A DNA stretch of 41,115 nt, taken from assembly GCA_001776635.1 (NCBI GenBank), contig MFCP01000040.1, positions 12,552-53,666 of the forward strand, in the 5' to 3' direction. Below, piece by piece: positions 27,192 to 36,117 of the stretch. The DNA is from Candidatus Daviesbacteria bacterium RIFCSPHIGHO2_01_FULL_40_11. GTDB lineage: Bacteria; Patescibacteriota; Microgenomatia; Daviesbacterales; UBA10151. The translations under genes were made by a program, and so were the position numbers. Positions within the stretch are counted from its first letter, which is position 1, and each line of letters opens with the position of its first letter. The notes beneath the pieces are model-generated. The model ran no database searches and was not told the DNA's origin. It saw only the letters and a program-made list of their open reading frames with translations.

Positions 27192-28072
27192 ATCAGTCTG
27201 TGCGCAGTGAGTACTTCTTTTAATTTCTCTTTATTTTTCTCTTCCATACTAACTAAAGGCAACCTGAAAACTTCTTGTATCATACCCATTAAGACCAGCG
27301 CTGTTTTAACCGGCTGCGGGTTTGTTTCAATAAAATTAATATTCATTAAATCAAGCCATTCGAAGTGTAATCTTCTAGCTTTTTTGAAGTCACCTTCTAA
27401 CGCAGCTTTAGTAAGCACTGACATTTCTTTTGGTATTTCATTGGAAACCACCGAAATTACTCCATCCCCGCCCAGCGCCATCACCGGAAAAGTAATTCCG
27501 TCATCTCCGGAAAGTACGGAGAAACTCTTTGGTGCACCTTTAATAATATCCATTATTTGGCTGATTTGACCTGATGCCTCTTTTACCCCTATTACCTGCG
27601 GCACTTCTCTTGCTACTCTTAAAGTGGTCTCTGCAGTCACATTTGATCCAGTTCTTCCGGGAACGTTATATAAAATTATGGGCAAATCAACTGCTTCGGC
27701 AATTGCTTTAAAATGGGCTACCAAACCCTTGGGAGTTGGCTTATTGTAGTAAGGGGTAACATGAAGCAGTGCATCTGCACCTGCTTCTTTAGCAATCTGG
27801 GATAATTTTACAGCCTTTATCGTATCATTACTACCGGCTCCGGCAATAACCAGCACTCTTTTTTTAACCTGTTTCACCACAGTTTTTATTACTAACCCCT
27901 TTTCTTCGTCACTTAAGGTAGCTGCTTCACCTGTTGAACCACAAGGTACAATAGCGTTTATCTTACTTTTAATCTGAAACTCCACCAGCTTTTTTAAAGC
28001 CTCAAAATCTACCTCGCCTGTTGGGAGGAACGGTGTCACTATGGCTGTAATTGCTCCGCTAAATTTTTTCAT
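27188..28072 (-). CDS. dapA: 4-hydroxy-tetrahydrodipicolinate synthase
   Basis: GSTGE, PYYNKP, LYNVPGRTG, GVKEASG, SGDD, ETNPQPVK. Confidence 0.97.
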   Translation of the reverse strand: MKKFSGAITAIVTPFLPTGEVDFEALKKLVEFQIKSKINAIVPCGSTGEAATLSDEEKGLVIKTVVKQVKKRVLVIAGAGSNDTIKAVKLSQIAKEAGADALLHVTPYYNKPTPKGLVAHFKAIAEAVDLPIILYNVPGRTGSNVTAETTLRVAREVPQVIGVKEASGQISQIMDIIKGAPKSFSVLSGDDGITFPVMALGGDGVISVVSNEIPKEMSVLTKAALEGDFKKARRLHFEWLDLMNINFIETNPQPVKTALVLMGMIQEVFRLPLVSMEEKNKEKLKEVLTAHRLI

Positions 28073-28797
28073 GCTTTAAATACCTCATCAAAACTGTAAA
28101 AACCCTTTTTCCCTTTAATAAATTCTGCTGCCACCAAAGCCCCTTCTGCAAATCCCCGCCTGCCATGAGCACTGTGAGAGAGCTTTATCTCGTCTGACAT
28201 GCTGTCAAAGATGACTTCGTGGTAACCGGGATTCCGTCCTGCTCGAAGTGAAGCAAAGTGCAGTTCATCTTTACTGATTTGCCTGTCTAGCCTGTCGGTT
28301 TCAAGTTTTTTCTTTTTTGGGAAATTTTCCATGATAACGCTGGCTAATTTCTTAGCTGTACCACTGGGGCTATCTTTTTTGCCTCTATGGTGAATTTCTA
28401 GTCCGGCTACGTCATAGTTACCAAACTTACCAAAAAGCGAGCTGGCAAAACCAACAATCTTAAAGAAAATATTTGCCCCAATGGAAAAGTTTTGGGCATA
28501 AATTAATCCGGTTTTGGACTTTTTCACCACTGCTTTGACTTCCGGAAGAAAATCATACCAACCTGTGGTACCCACCACCATATTTTTACCCATGCCGGCC
28601 ACTTCTTTTATGGTGCTTACCACCACTTCCGGAGAGGTAAAATCAATTACCACATCAGCTTTTCCAATGCCATCTTTATCCAATTTTTCCGATGGATCTT
28701 TATAACTTATTGAAACAATCTGATGAGTATCTGACTCATTGATCAAATCCTCAATCTCATGTCCCATATTGCCGTAACCTATCAGTGCAATTTTCAT
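28069..28797 (-). CDS. dapB: 4-hydroxy-tetrahydrodipicolinate reductase
   Basis: GYGNMG, DFTSP, VGTTG, EIHHRGKKDSPSGTA, FAEGA. Confidence 0.96.
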   Translation of the reverse strand: MKIALIGYGNMGHEIEDLINESDTHQIVSISYKDPSEKLDKDGIGKADVVIDFTSPEVVVSTIKEVAGMGKNMVVGTTGWYDFLPEVKAVVKKSKTGLIYAQNFSIGANIFFKIVGFASSLFGKFGNYDVAGLEIHHRGKKDSPSGTAKKLASVIMENFPKKKKLETDRLDRQISKDELHFASLRAGRNPGYHEVIFDSMSDEIKLSHSAHGRRGFAEGALVAAEFIKGKKGFYSFDEVFKA

Positions 28798-28819
28798 TTT
28801 CGAGCATCCGCGAGAAAAT
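28796..28819 (+). repeat. Mini tandem-GA hairpin at the dapB start
   Basis: ATTTTC-GA-GC-ATCC-GC-GA-GAAAAT. Confidence 0.5.
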
Positions 28820-28884
28820 AGTCCTACGGTTTATTCGGAAGCGATTGTACCACTATTTAGCAATTCGAGGAACTTTTGGGAGTT

Positions 28885-29469
28885 CTATCTAGCCATTTTA
28901 GTTTGAGGTAAGCGATGAGTTGAAAGAAAATCTGATCGCATTTTCTCCATCATTGGCGAAAGAACAAAATCTAAATGGTTTTCTCCTATCCCTTTTTGTT
29001 CGGATAAAGTCTGTGCACGGTAACCTATTGCCTCAGTACCAGCAAAACCCATCTCTTCTGCTTCAAAGATCAATCCATAAAGCGTTACTACTATTTCCCC
29101 TATTCTTACCCCTACTTTATATTCACCGTTTTTTACTTTAGCTGGAATATCTAATAAAGAAGCGTTACTAGAAATAGAAGCTACAGCATAAAAATCCTTC
29201 ATTACTCTTGAATCGTGTTTAAATCTAGCAGCTTCAGTAAGACTAAATCCTGCATCATCTCCTTTTGATTCTCCCCTATGAGCAATAGCCACTGCCTCAG
29301 CTAAATGTGCAAGATCACTTCTTCTCAGCTCTCCTGTGAAAACCTCCATGCTTTCTACTCCAGGCGTTATAACTGGCATTGGTCTGGATTCACGCGTATC
29401 ACGATTTAAAGTCGAAAGATTAGTTGCTAATGTTTGAACCAGTTCTGCAGCTGTTTCAATTTCTTTCAT
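28885..29469 (-). CDS. Hypothetical protein (ORFan-like) inside the lysine cluster
   Basis: 194 aa; has its own promoter; no Cys; no recognised family. Confidence 0.65.
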   Translation of the reverse strand: MKEIETAAELVQTLATNLSTLNRDTRESRPMPVITPGVESMEVFTGELRRSDLAHLAEAVAIAHRGESKGDDAGFSLTEAARFKHDSRVMKDFYAVASISSNASLLDIPAKVKNGEYKVGVRIGEIVVTLYGLIFEAEEMGFAGTEAIGYRAQTLSEQKGIGENHLDFVLSPMMEKMRSDFLSTHRLPQTKMAR

Positions 29470-29478
29470 GAATTAAAC

Positions 29479-29507
29479 ATTCTATGACAGAAATACTAAA
29501 AAGTCAA
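29479..29507 (-). promoter_or_regulatory. Sigma70 promoter of ORF 28885-29469
   Basis: TTGACT-N17-TAGAAT, 9 nt before ATG. Confidence 0.7.
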
Positions 29508-29509
29508 AA

Positions 29510-30850
29510 TTAAGATTGCTTTAGTAGTAGCCGATCATGAAGAGCTTTAACTGCCTGCTCTATCTTTTCCGATTCCACCACAATACTGATATTAATATCT
29601 GTTGCACCTAAAGAAACCATTCTGGTTAGTATCTTCTCCTTGTCCAAAATATCAAAAATTTTCTTGATCGTACGGGTCGATGTTGTTATCCCCTCACCAA
29701 TCAAGGATACCATACCCAAACCTTGAACAACTGAAGCATTTGCAAATTCATTAATCCCCTTAATGGCATTTTCAAGGTTTTCATTATCATCTAGAGTTAC
29801 AGAAACACTGACCTCAGATACACTAACTAAATCCACTGAGATAGCATTTTTTGCAAAAACTTTAAAGATTCGCGCCAGGAACCCTTTCTGAAGCAGCATT
29901 TCAGTTGCATAGATATTAACTAAAAAAGTTTTTCTTTTAAAAGAAACGGCCTTGATGTAACTTATACTGCTGCTTTTTTCTTCAATTAAAGTGCCACTAT
30001 TTTTAGGATTAAAGGTATTTAGGACTTTAACAGGGATTCCTGCCTTGATAGCCGGACGTATGGTCCGAGGGTGCAAAACTCTCGCTCCAAATGCGGCAAG
30101 TTCGGAGGCTTCCTTAAAAGAAACAGTTTGTAAAGCTCTGGCATTTTCTACGAGTCTTGGATCGGCAGTAAATATTCCATCAACATCTGTCCAAATTTGA
30201 ATTTCTGAAGCTTTTAGACAAAACCCGATAATAGAAGCTGTATAATCAGATCCCCCTCTGCCCAATGTTGTTACTCGACCACCTTTGGTTGAGCCAATAA
30301 ACCCCGTCACAACAGGTACTACTCCCATTTTTATAATGGGAGGTAAAATCCTTTTGATGTTTCTTTTGGAAGGTTGCAGAAGAAAATCTGCCGATCCAAA
30401 ATTGTTATTGGTAGTGATTAAATCTGTTGCGATAACCTGAGCAGCCTCAATCCCTTTGCTACGAAGAGCATGAGTAATAATATGCGATGACATAATCTCT
30501 CCATATGAAACCAGCTCATCAAGAGATTCTTTTGTGAGATTGTCCCTAAAAGTTAATTTTGCTAGATCTTCAAGTTGGCTATCAATAAACTGCATAATTT
30601 CTTGTTGCAACTTTTTGTTGCTCCATAATTTCCCCACCAGATTCTTGTGCAGATTTTTAATCACCCGTATTGTTTTGCCGACCTTACTTTTGGATAAAAC
30701 AGGAAGAGATAATAATAAATCCGTAACCCCGCTTAAGGCAGACACCACCACTACCGGTTGCCTTCCCAGTTCCGTACCCACAATGTTACAAAGAGTCAAA
30801 ACTCTTTCTTTGCTGCTGACCGATGTCCCCCCGAACTTTGCAACAATCAT
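29510..30850 (-). CDS. lysC: Aspartate kinase
   Basis: KFGGTSV, VVSALSGVTD, TTLGRGGSDYTA, WTDVDG, two ACT domains. Confidence 0.96.
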   Translation of the reverse strand: MIVAKFGGTSVSSKERVLTLCNIVGTELGRQPVVVVSALSGVTDLLLSLPVLSKSKVGKTIRVIKNLHKNLVGKLWSNKKLQQEIMQFIDSQLEDLAKLTFRDNLTKESLDELVSYGEIMSSHIITHALRSKGIEAAQVIATDLITTNNNFGSADFLLQPSKRNIKRILPPIIKMGVVPVVTGFIGSTKGGRVTTLGRGGSDYTASIIGFCLKASEIQIWTDVDGIFTADPRLVENARALQTVSFKEASELAAFGARVLHPRTIRPAIKAGIPVKVLNTFNPKNSGTLIEEKSSSISYIKAVSFKRKTFLVNIYATEMLLQKGFLARIFKVFAKNAISVDLVSVSEVSVSVTLDDNENLENAIKGINEFANASVVQGLGMVSLIGEGITTSTRTIKKIFDILDKEKILTRMVSLGATDINISIVVESEKIEQAVKALHDRLLLKQS

Positions 30851-30881
30851 AAAATTGTCAGGATTATATCAAAACCAACCA

Positions 30882-30910
30882 TTGCATTGCTATTTTTCTT
30901 CTGATAGAAT
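30882..30910 (+). promoter_or_regulatory. Sigma70 promoter of hom, divergent from lysC
   Basis: TTGCAT-N17-TAGAAT with TG extension. Confidence 0.6.
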
Positions 30911-30933
30911 CCTTAAATCCCGCCCAAATAATT

Positions 30934-32242
30934 ATGAATTCTCTAGAAAACAGGCCTGTAAATGTTGGGTTGATTGGAATGGGAAATATTGGAACAGGTG
31001 TAGTACGCTGGTTCCAAAATGGCGGCGGAGACAAATTTAATCTTCACTTAAGACGCGTAGCTGTAGCTAATCTTGCTAAGCCTCGGGGACGGGGAGATGA
31101 ATTTTCTCATTTCGCTCATCATCTTACAGATAATCCGGTAGATATTCTAAGAGATCCCTCTATAGATATCATCGTTGAACTTATGGGCGGTGTAGATATT
31201 CCAAGGATGATTGCGCTGGATGCAATAGACAGCCGGAAAAGCGTTGTTAACGCGAACAAGCTTTATTGGCACGCCATATGAAAGAAATCTTTGATGCTGC
31301 CCGCTCAAGACAAGTAAGCCTGGGTTTTGAAGCATCTGTTGCTGGAGGTATACAAGTTATCAATACTTTTAACAGACTTCGTGGCGAAAGAGTAAATAGG
31401 TTAATGGGCATTATAGACGGAACCACAAATTACATGCTTACAAGAATGACAGAAGAGGGAATAGACTTTAGTTCAGCTCTCGGGGGTGCACAAGAGGCTG
31501 GCTTTGCTGAAGCAAATCATATTCTTGACACGGGAGGATTTGATGCTCAAAGTAAATTAGCAGTACTTACATCACTTGCGTTTAATACGCAAATAGATGT
31601 GGCTAAGATTCCCTGCAGAGGCATCACTGAAATAACCCCTATAGATATGGACTTCGCTAAAGAGAATGGTTACGTAATCAAACTTTTGGCAATAGCTAAC
31701 AAAGAAAATGATACTGTAGCACTCCAAGTTACTCCTGCTTTACTTCAGAGAGAGCATCCCCTCGCCTCCGTAAGAAATGAATTCAATATGATTTACATTG
31801 AAGGAGAGTGGGCTGGACCACAAACATTTTATGGTAAAGGTGCGGGCGAAAGGCCAACCGCCAGTGCAGTGATTACTGATATATTAGATGTGGCGGAACA
31901 CATCCAACATGGCACAACTAATAGATTGCCTCGCTTAGACTCAAAAGTGTGAACTACGCCGATCCCGGCAATCTTCAACAAAGTGGGTATATTAGGGCAA
32001 ACCTGCTTCATAAACCCGGAAGCGGGGCAGAGATACTCCGCATCATTGCTGACCATAACTTAAATGTAGAAGATTCCATACAAAGGAAAAAGTTCGGCGA
32101 AAAAATATACGGAAGCATGTACATTCCAGATATTATTACCTTCGCCCCAGCCGCGCAAAACAATATAAAACAGGCAATGGAAGATATTACAAATTCTGAT
32201 AGAATTTGGGGGGAGCCTTTCTTTTTACCTTTTGTGGATTAA
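30934..32242 (+). pseudogene. hom: Homoserine dehydrogenase split into three ORFs by two -1 frame changes (pseudogene or sequence error)
   Basis: GMGNIGTG, VELMGG, NANK|ALLARH, FEASVAGGI, GTTNYML, GKGAG..PTASAV, then an ACT-like C-terminal ORF. Confidence 0.85.
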
Positions 32243-32249
32243 TTAGAAG

Positions 32250-32741
32250 TTATTTAATCTCTTCCAACTTATCTAAATATAGGCCTAAATAGTTAAAATC
32301 ATCCTGGATATATTTCCATTCTACATTGTCAGGGATATTTTTCGGATATGCCACATATAGCTCGTCTAAAAGTTTTTGATGATTAAGAAATTGTTGTTTG
32401 ATTCCGGGAACCTTATCAGTCAGGTTATTGGTAACTACTAAATCTGCGATTTCGCCTGCCAAGCTAGAATACCTCAGAGAAGAGCGTAACACATAAGTAT
32501 AATTTTTATTCTTAACCACATTTTGAAGCTCTTCCAGGCGAGAGTCCAAAAGGCGACTCATAAAATCAACCCTATCCTGGGGGGTAGATTTAAGCTTCAG
32601 GAAAGCTTTTTCCTGTAATCTTTTCAAAGCAAAAAAAGGAGGCATATCCGGATTTGCCTTCAGTGAAAGAAGAAGTGACAGGGCAAGAAATGACAATATG
32701 ATTATTAGCCCTAACTGGATTCTAAATCTTGTCATATACAA
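32250..32741 (-). CDS. Membrane-anchored helical protein, DUF5667-like
   Basis: N-terminal TM helix then PDMPPFFALKRLQEKAFL...RLEEL. Confidence 0.6.
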   Translation of the reverse strand: MYMTRFRIQLGLIIILSFLALSLLLSLKANPDMPPFFALKRLQEKAFLKLKSTPQDRVDFMSRLLDSRLEELQNVVKNKNYTYVLRSSLRYSSLAGEIADLVVTNNLTDKVPGIKQQFLNHQKLLDELYVAYPKNIPDNVEWKYIQDDFNYLGLYLDKLEEIK

Positions 32742-33378
32742 TACGCATTATTTCTTGGTGGATGTCGTCCCGTGATCTCATTTTCCCATCTTTCATGCAG
32801 TCGACAACATACCAGTTAGCTTCTTTTTTTGCAAGTGACAAATAAATCTGATTTGCTTCCTCTAAGTGCTTTATATTCCCCTCATGAAGATCAGGCAGCC
32901 TACCTGCAACATTCTTTTGTCCAATCTTGGGGTCAACTGCTAAAAGTATAGTTAAATCTTCTTTTAGTATACCATTAGTTCGATATTCTAACTCATTTAG
33001 CCACTTAAAAAATTCTTCCCTTTTTTCTTCAGGCAGCTTCGCCCCCATATGGGCTTTATTGGCAGAAACATACCTGTTGACTAAAACCCACCTCCCCTCC
33101 TCTAACCATTTTTCAATTACTGACTTTGCTAAAAGCCTATCCCCTGCAAACGGTAGAGCCATTAAATATGGATTCACCTCATGTATGGAGCCAAACTCAC
33201 CTTCCAAGTATCTTGTGACTAACTCTGCATAAATATTATCTTCATATCTTGGAAAACTAATTACTGCATGGGGAATTTTCTGCTCTTCCAGCCTTTTTGC
33301 AAGAAGATTGATCTGGGTCGTCTTCCCCGACCCGTCAATCCCTTCTATAACAATTAATAACCCTTGTTTTTTATCCAT
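32722..33378 (-). CDS. tmk: Thymidylate kinase
   Basis: IEGIDGSGKTTQ, SFPRY, FAGDR, NRYVSAN. Confidence 0.93.
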   Translation of the reverse strand: MDKKQGLLIVIEGIDGSGKTTQINLLAKRLEEQKIPHAVISFPRYEDNIYAELVTRYLEGEFGSIHEVNPYLMALPFAGDRLLAKSVIEKWLEEGRWVLVNRYVSANKAHMGAKLPEEKREEFFKWLNELEYRTNGILKEDLTILLAVDPKIGQKNVAGRLPDLHEGNIKHLEEANQIYLSLAKKEANWYVVDCMKDGKMRSRDDIHQEIMRIVYDKI

Positions 33379-33406
33379 AAATATGTTAGTGTATATTTAT
33401 CACGAT

Positions 33407-33454
33407 GAGAGGACTACCAAAGGGTTTTATCCCGCGGGAATGCCTCTCTTTTTT
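33407..33454 (+). terminator. Long hairpin followed by T6, oriented against the NYN gene (terminator-like; possible sRNA)
   Basis: GAGAGG..CC AAA GGG TTTTAT CCC GCG GG..CCTCTC TTTTTT. Confidence 0.55.
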
Positions 33455-33474
33455 ATTGCGAAGCAAGAACTTGT

Positions 33475-33966
33475 TCATATCTTTTTAACCTTATCTTTAA
33501 ACAAATTCACAGAAACTATATACTTCGCAAATTTCCTTAATAAGGAAGAATATTTATTGTTAGGAACAATGATTTTAGCAAGTTTATGCGTGCGATCCAA
33601 GTATTCAGCCAAACAGTAAAAATCACCATCTCCTGAAATAATTATTGCCTTATCGTAATTTGTAAACTCGATCATGGAATGTAACACTAATTCTGCATCC
33701 ACATTACCTTTAGTTTCACCTAAACCCTTCTTTTTCCCTTTTACTGTAGGTTTAAAAATCATTTTGTAGCCTGCTTGTCCCAAAGATCCATAAAGGAACC
33801 TGTATTTTGGAATATAGCCAATAAACAAAAAGGCGATTTTTACCTGATACTTTGCGGCCAGATACTTTCTAAATCTTGCAAAATCCAGTTCCCATCCACT
33901 ATCTTTAACTCCTAAGTTAAGATTTTGGCTGTCAATAAAAGCATAAACTCTTTCCTGCTTCCTCAT
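33475..33966 (-). CDS. NYN/LabA-DUF88 (PIN-like) domain protein, predicted nuclease
   Basis: FIDSQNL, KGNVDAELV, ISGDGDF, SSLL acidic-tetrad motifs. Confidence 0.9.
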   Translation of the reverse strand: MRKQERVYAFIDSQNLNLGVKDSGWELDFARFRKYLAAKYQVKIAFLFIGYIPKYRFLYGSLGQAGYKMIFKPTVKGKKKGLGETKGNVDAELVLHSMIEFTNYDKAIIISGDGDFYCLAEYLDRTHKLAKIIVPNNKYSSLLRKFAKYIVSVNLFKDKVKKI

Positions 33967-34003
33967 ACTAAAACCACTTTAAATCAAATGGAAAAATATT
34001 CAA

Positions 34004-34030
34004 GAGGCAATTAGTTTACATAATTGCCTC
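34004..34030. repeat. Perfect 10-bp hairpin upstream of the NYN gene
   Basis: GAGGCAATTA-GTTTACA-TAATTGCCTC. Confidence 0.7.
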
Positions 34031-34062
34031 AAGAGGGAAATATCATTTATGCACGAGAGAAA

Positions 34063-34397
34063 CTATTGATCAATTGATGGTTTATTTACAACGTGTCCTG
34101 TGTACATAAGACTATCCAGTGCTGAAGAAAAGTAGAGACTCCTTAAATTGTTTTCTTTCGTAGAATCTCCTTGAACAATATCTGCTATAATTCCTGCAAA
34201 TTCGGGGCTTAATCCTTCTCTCCATCGTTTGTATCCAACTTCAATAGAACTACCTCTGTGCCTCCCAGGAATTCTTGCATGGTACGTAATGCTGCTTCTT
34301 TATCTCCAGATTGGAATTGCTCCACTACTTCTATAACCGGCCCAAGAACTGCACTTTTTCGGGCTAAACTAGTTTCTCTTTCCATATTACAGGGCAT
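34063..34397 (-). pseudogene. Hypothetical gene, probably frameshifted (34209-34397 continues in the -1 frame to TAG 34063)
   Basis: The -1 frame reads ...GSSIEVGYKRWREGLSPEFAGIIADIVQGDSTKENNLRSLYFSSALDSLMYTGHVVNKPSIDQ*. Confidence 0.4.
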
Positions 34398-34426
34398 TTT
34401 AAAAGAACTATCTAGTATTTGTCAAA

Positions 34427-36043
34427 TCAGGTAAGTTTTATTTCTGAGGCAGCTTTAATGAATCCTACAAACAGCGGATGGGGGGATAATGGTCTGGATT
34501 TTAGTTCCGGATGAAACTGAGTCCCCACAAAAAACGGATGATCTTTTAGTTCAATTATCTCCACCAATCTTCCGTCAGGCGAAGTCCCGGAAATAATCAG
34601 CCCTTTTTTCATAAATTGTTCCAAAAATTCATTATTAAATTCAAATCTGTGTCTGTGTCTTTCGGCAATCTCCGATTTTCCATACAAACTACGCACTAGT
34701 GTTCCCTCTTTCAATTTGCAATCCCAAGCCCCCAACCGCATAGTGGCCCCATATTCCCGGTTTAACATCTTTTTCTCCTGATCCGGCATGATATGAATAA
34801 CCGGATATTTAGTCTCCGGATCTATTTCCGTGGTATGCGCTCCGGGAAGTTCCAAAACATCCCTGGCATATTCCACTACCGCAAGTTGCATTCCATAACA
34901 GAGTCCAAAATAGGGAATTTTATTAACTCTTGCATATTTAATTGCCTCGATTTTCCCTTCAATATCCCTTGATCCGAAACCTCCGGGAACAATAATACCT
35001 TGGAATTTCCGCAATGTCTCAACATTATCCAAAACCTTTCCGGAATCAAGCCAGGTTATCTCCGGTTTTAACCCCTCACTCCAGACCGCATGCTTCACCG
35101 CTTCAATCACGGAAATATAGGAATCTGCCAGCGTAAAAGCGCCTGTTGAAAAATACTTTCCCACTATTGCAATCTTGACTTCTTTTCGGGCAACATCAAT
35201 CTTGTTGACAAACTCGCTCCATTCCTTCAGATCCTTTTTCTTTCTTTCTAAACCCAATTTATCAAGCAGCCTACTGGTTAAGTTTTGTTTATCAAACCCA
35301 ATCGGGACTTTATAGATGCTGTCCACATCTGGAGCCGAAATTATATCTTCCGGTTCTAGTCCAGTGGAAATAGATAATTTTTTAATTCTTTGTAGGTCCA
35401 AGGGTTTTTCACTTCTTGCCAAAAGTATGTCCGGCTGAATACCGACGGCATTTAAATCCCTAACAGACATCTGAGCCGGCTTAGACTTCATCTCCCCAAT
35501 GGAGGCAGGAATTGGCAGATATGTGATATGAGCATGGAGAACATCCTCGGGATTTTTTAGCTTCATCAACCTGTTTGCTTCTAAAAATAGGATATTTTGA
35601 TATTCACCCGTAGTTCCTCCAATTTCTATTACCACTAAATCCGCGTTGTTTGCTCTTCCCGCTTCTTTAATTCTTTTGATAATTTCTTCTGTCACATAAG
35701 TCACCACATCCACACATTCCCCGTCATATTCCAAATTTCTCTCCCGCTGAATTACCGACAGATAAATTGATCCTTGAGTAGCAATACTTTTTTCACTTAA
35801 TGATTCATTTAAAAATCGCTCGTAATGACCCAAGTCTTGATCAGTTTCCGTACCATCATCCAACACAAATACCTCACCGTGTTCAATCGGATTCATGGTC
35901 CCGGCATCAACATTCAAATATGGATCCATCTTGATAGGGGTAACTTTGTAACCAGCGGATTTTAAAAGGAGGGCAATCGAAGAGGTAGCAATACCTTTAC
36001 CTAAACCACTTATAACACCACCTGTAACAAAAATATACTTCAT
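34427..36043 (-). CDS. pyrG: CTP synthase
   Basis: GGVISGLGKG, DPYLNVDAGTM, GLCYGMQ, ERHRHRFE, QFHPE. Confidence 0.98.
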   Translation of the reverse strand: MKYIFVTGGVISGLGKGIATSSIALLLKSAGYKVTPIKMDPYLNVDAGTMNPIEHGEVFVLDDGTETDQDLGHYERFLNESLSEKSIATQGSIYLSVIQRERNLEYDGECVDVVTYVTEEIIKRIKEAGRANNADLVVIEIGGTTGEYQNILFLEANRLMKLKNPEDVLHAHITYLPIPASIGEMKSKPAQMSVRDLNAVGIQPDILLARSEKPLDLQRIKKLSISTGLEPEDIISAPDVDSIYKVPIGFDKQNLTSRLLDKLGLERKKKDLKEWSEFVNKIDVARKEVKIAIVGKYFSTGAFTLADSYISVIEAVKHAVWSEGLKPEITWLDSGKVLDNVETLRKFQGIIVPGGFGSRDIEGKIEAIKYARVNKIPYFGLCYGMQLAVVEYARDVLELPGAHTTEIDPETKYPVIHIMPDQEKKMLNREYGATMRLGAWDCKLKEGTLVRSLYGKSEIAERHRHRFEFNNEFLEQFMKKGLIISGTSPDGRLVEIIELKDHPFFVGTQFHPELKSRPLSPHPLFVGFIKAASEIKLT

Positions 36044-36117
36044 ATGTTTCGGGGGTTCCGTCTAAATATGAGGTATTTTTGAGGCCCTCAATATAATACT
36101 AAAGTAAGTCTTAAATT

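Noticed and set aside
28885-29469. ORFan as the missing DapF, or as a MazG-like protein
   Set aside because: It has no cysteines, whereas DapF needs two catalytic Cys, and it has its own promoter. The MazG resemblance is too weak to support.
31250-31270. Programmed -1 ribosomal frameshift in hom
   Set aside because: No X XXY YYZ slippery site and no obvious stimulatory structure.
36044-36100. Bacillus-type pyrG reiterative-transcription attenuator (GGGC near the promoter, CCCCC before ATG, TTGAGG-N-CCTCAA palindrome)
   Set aside because: GGGC is too close to the best -10 box to be the start site, and there is no terminator hairpin with a U-tract in the leader.
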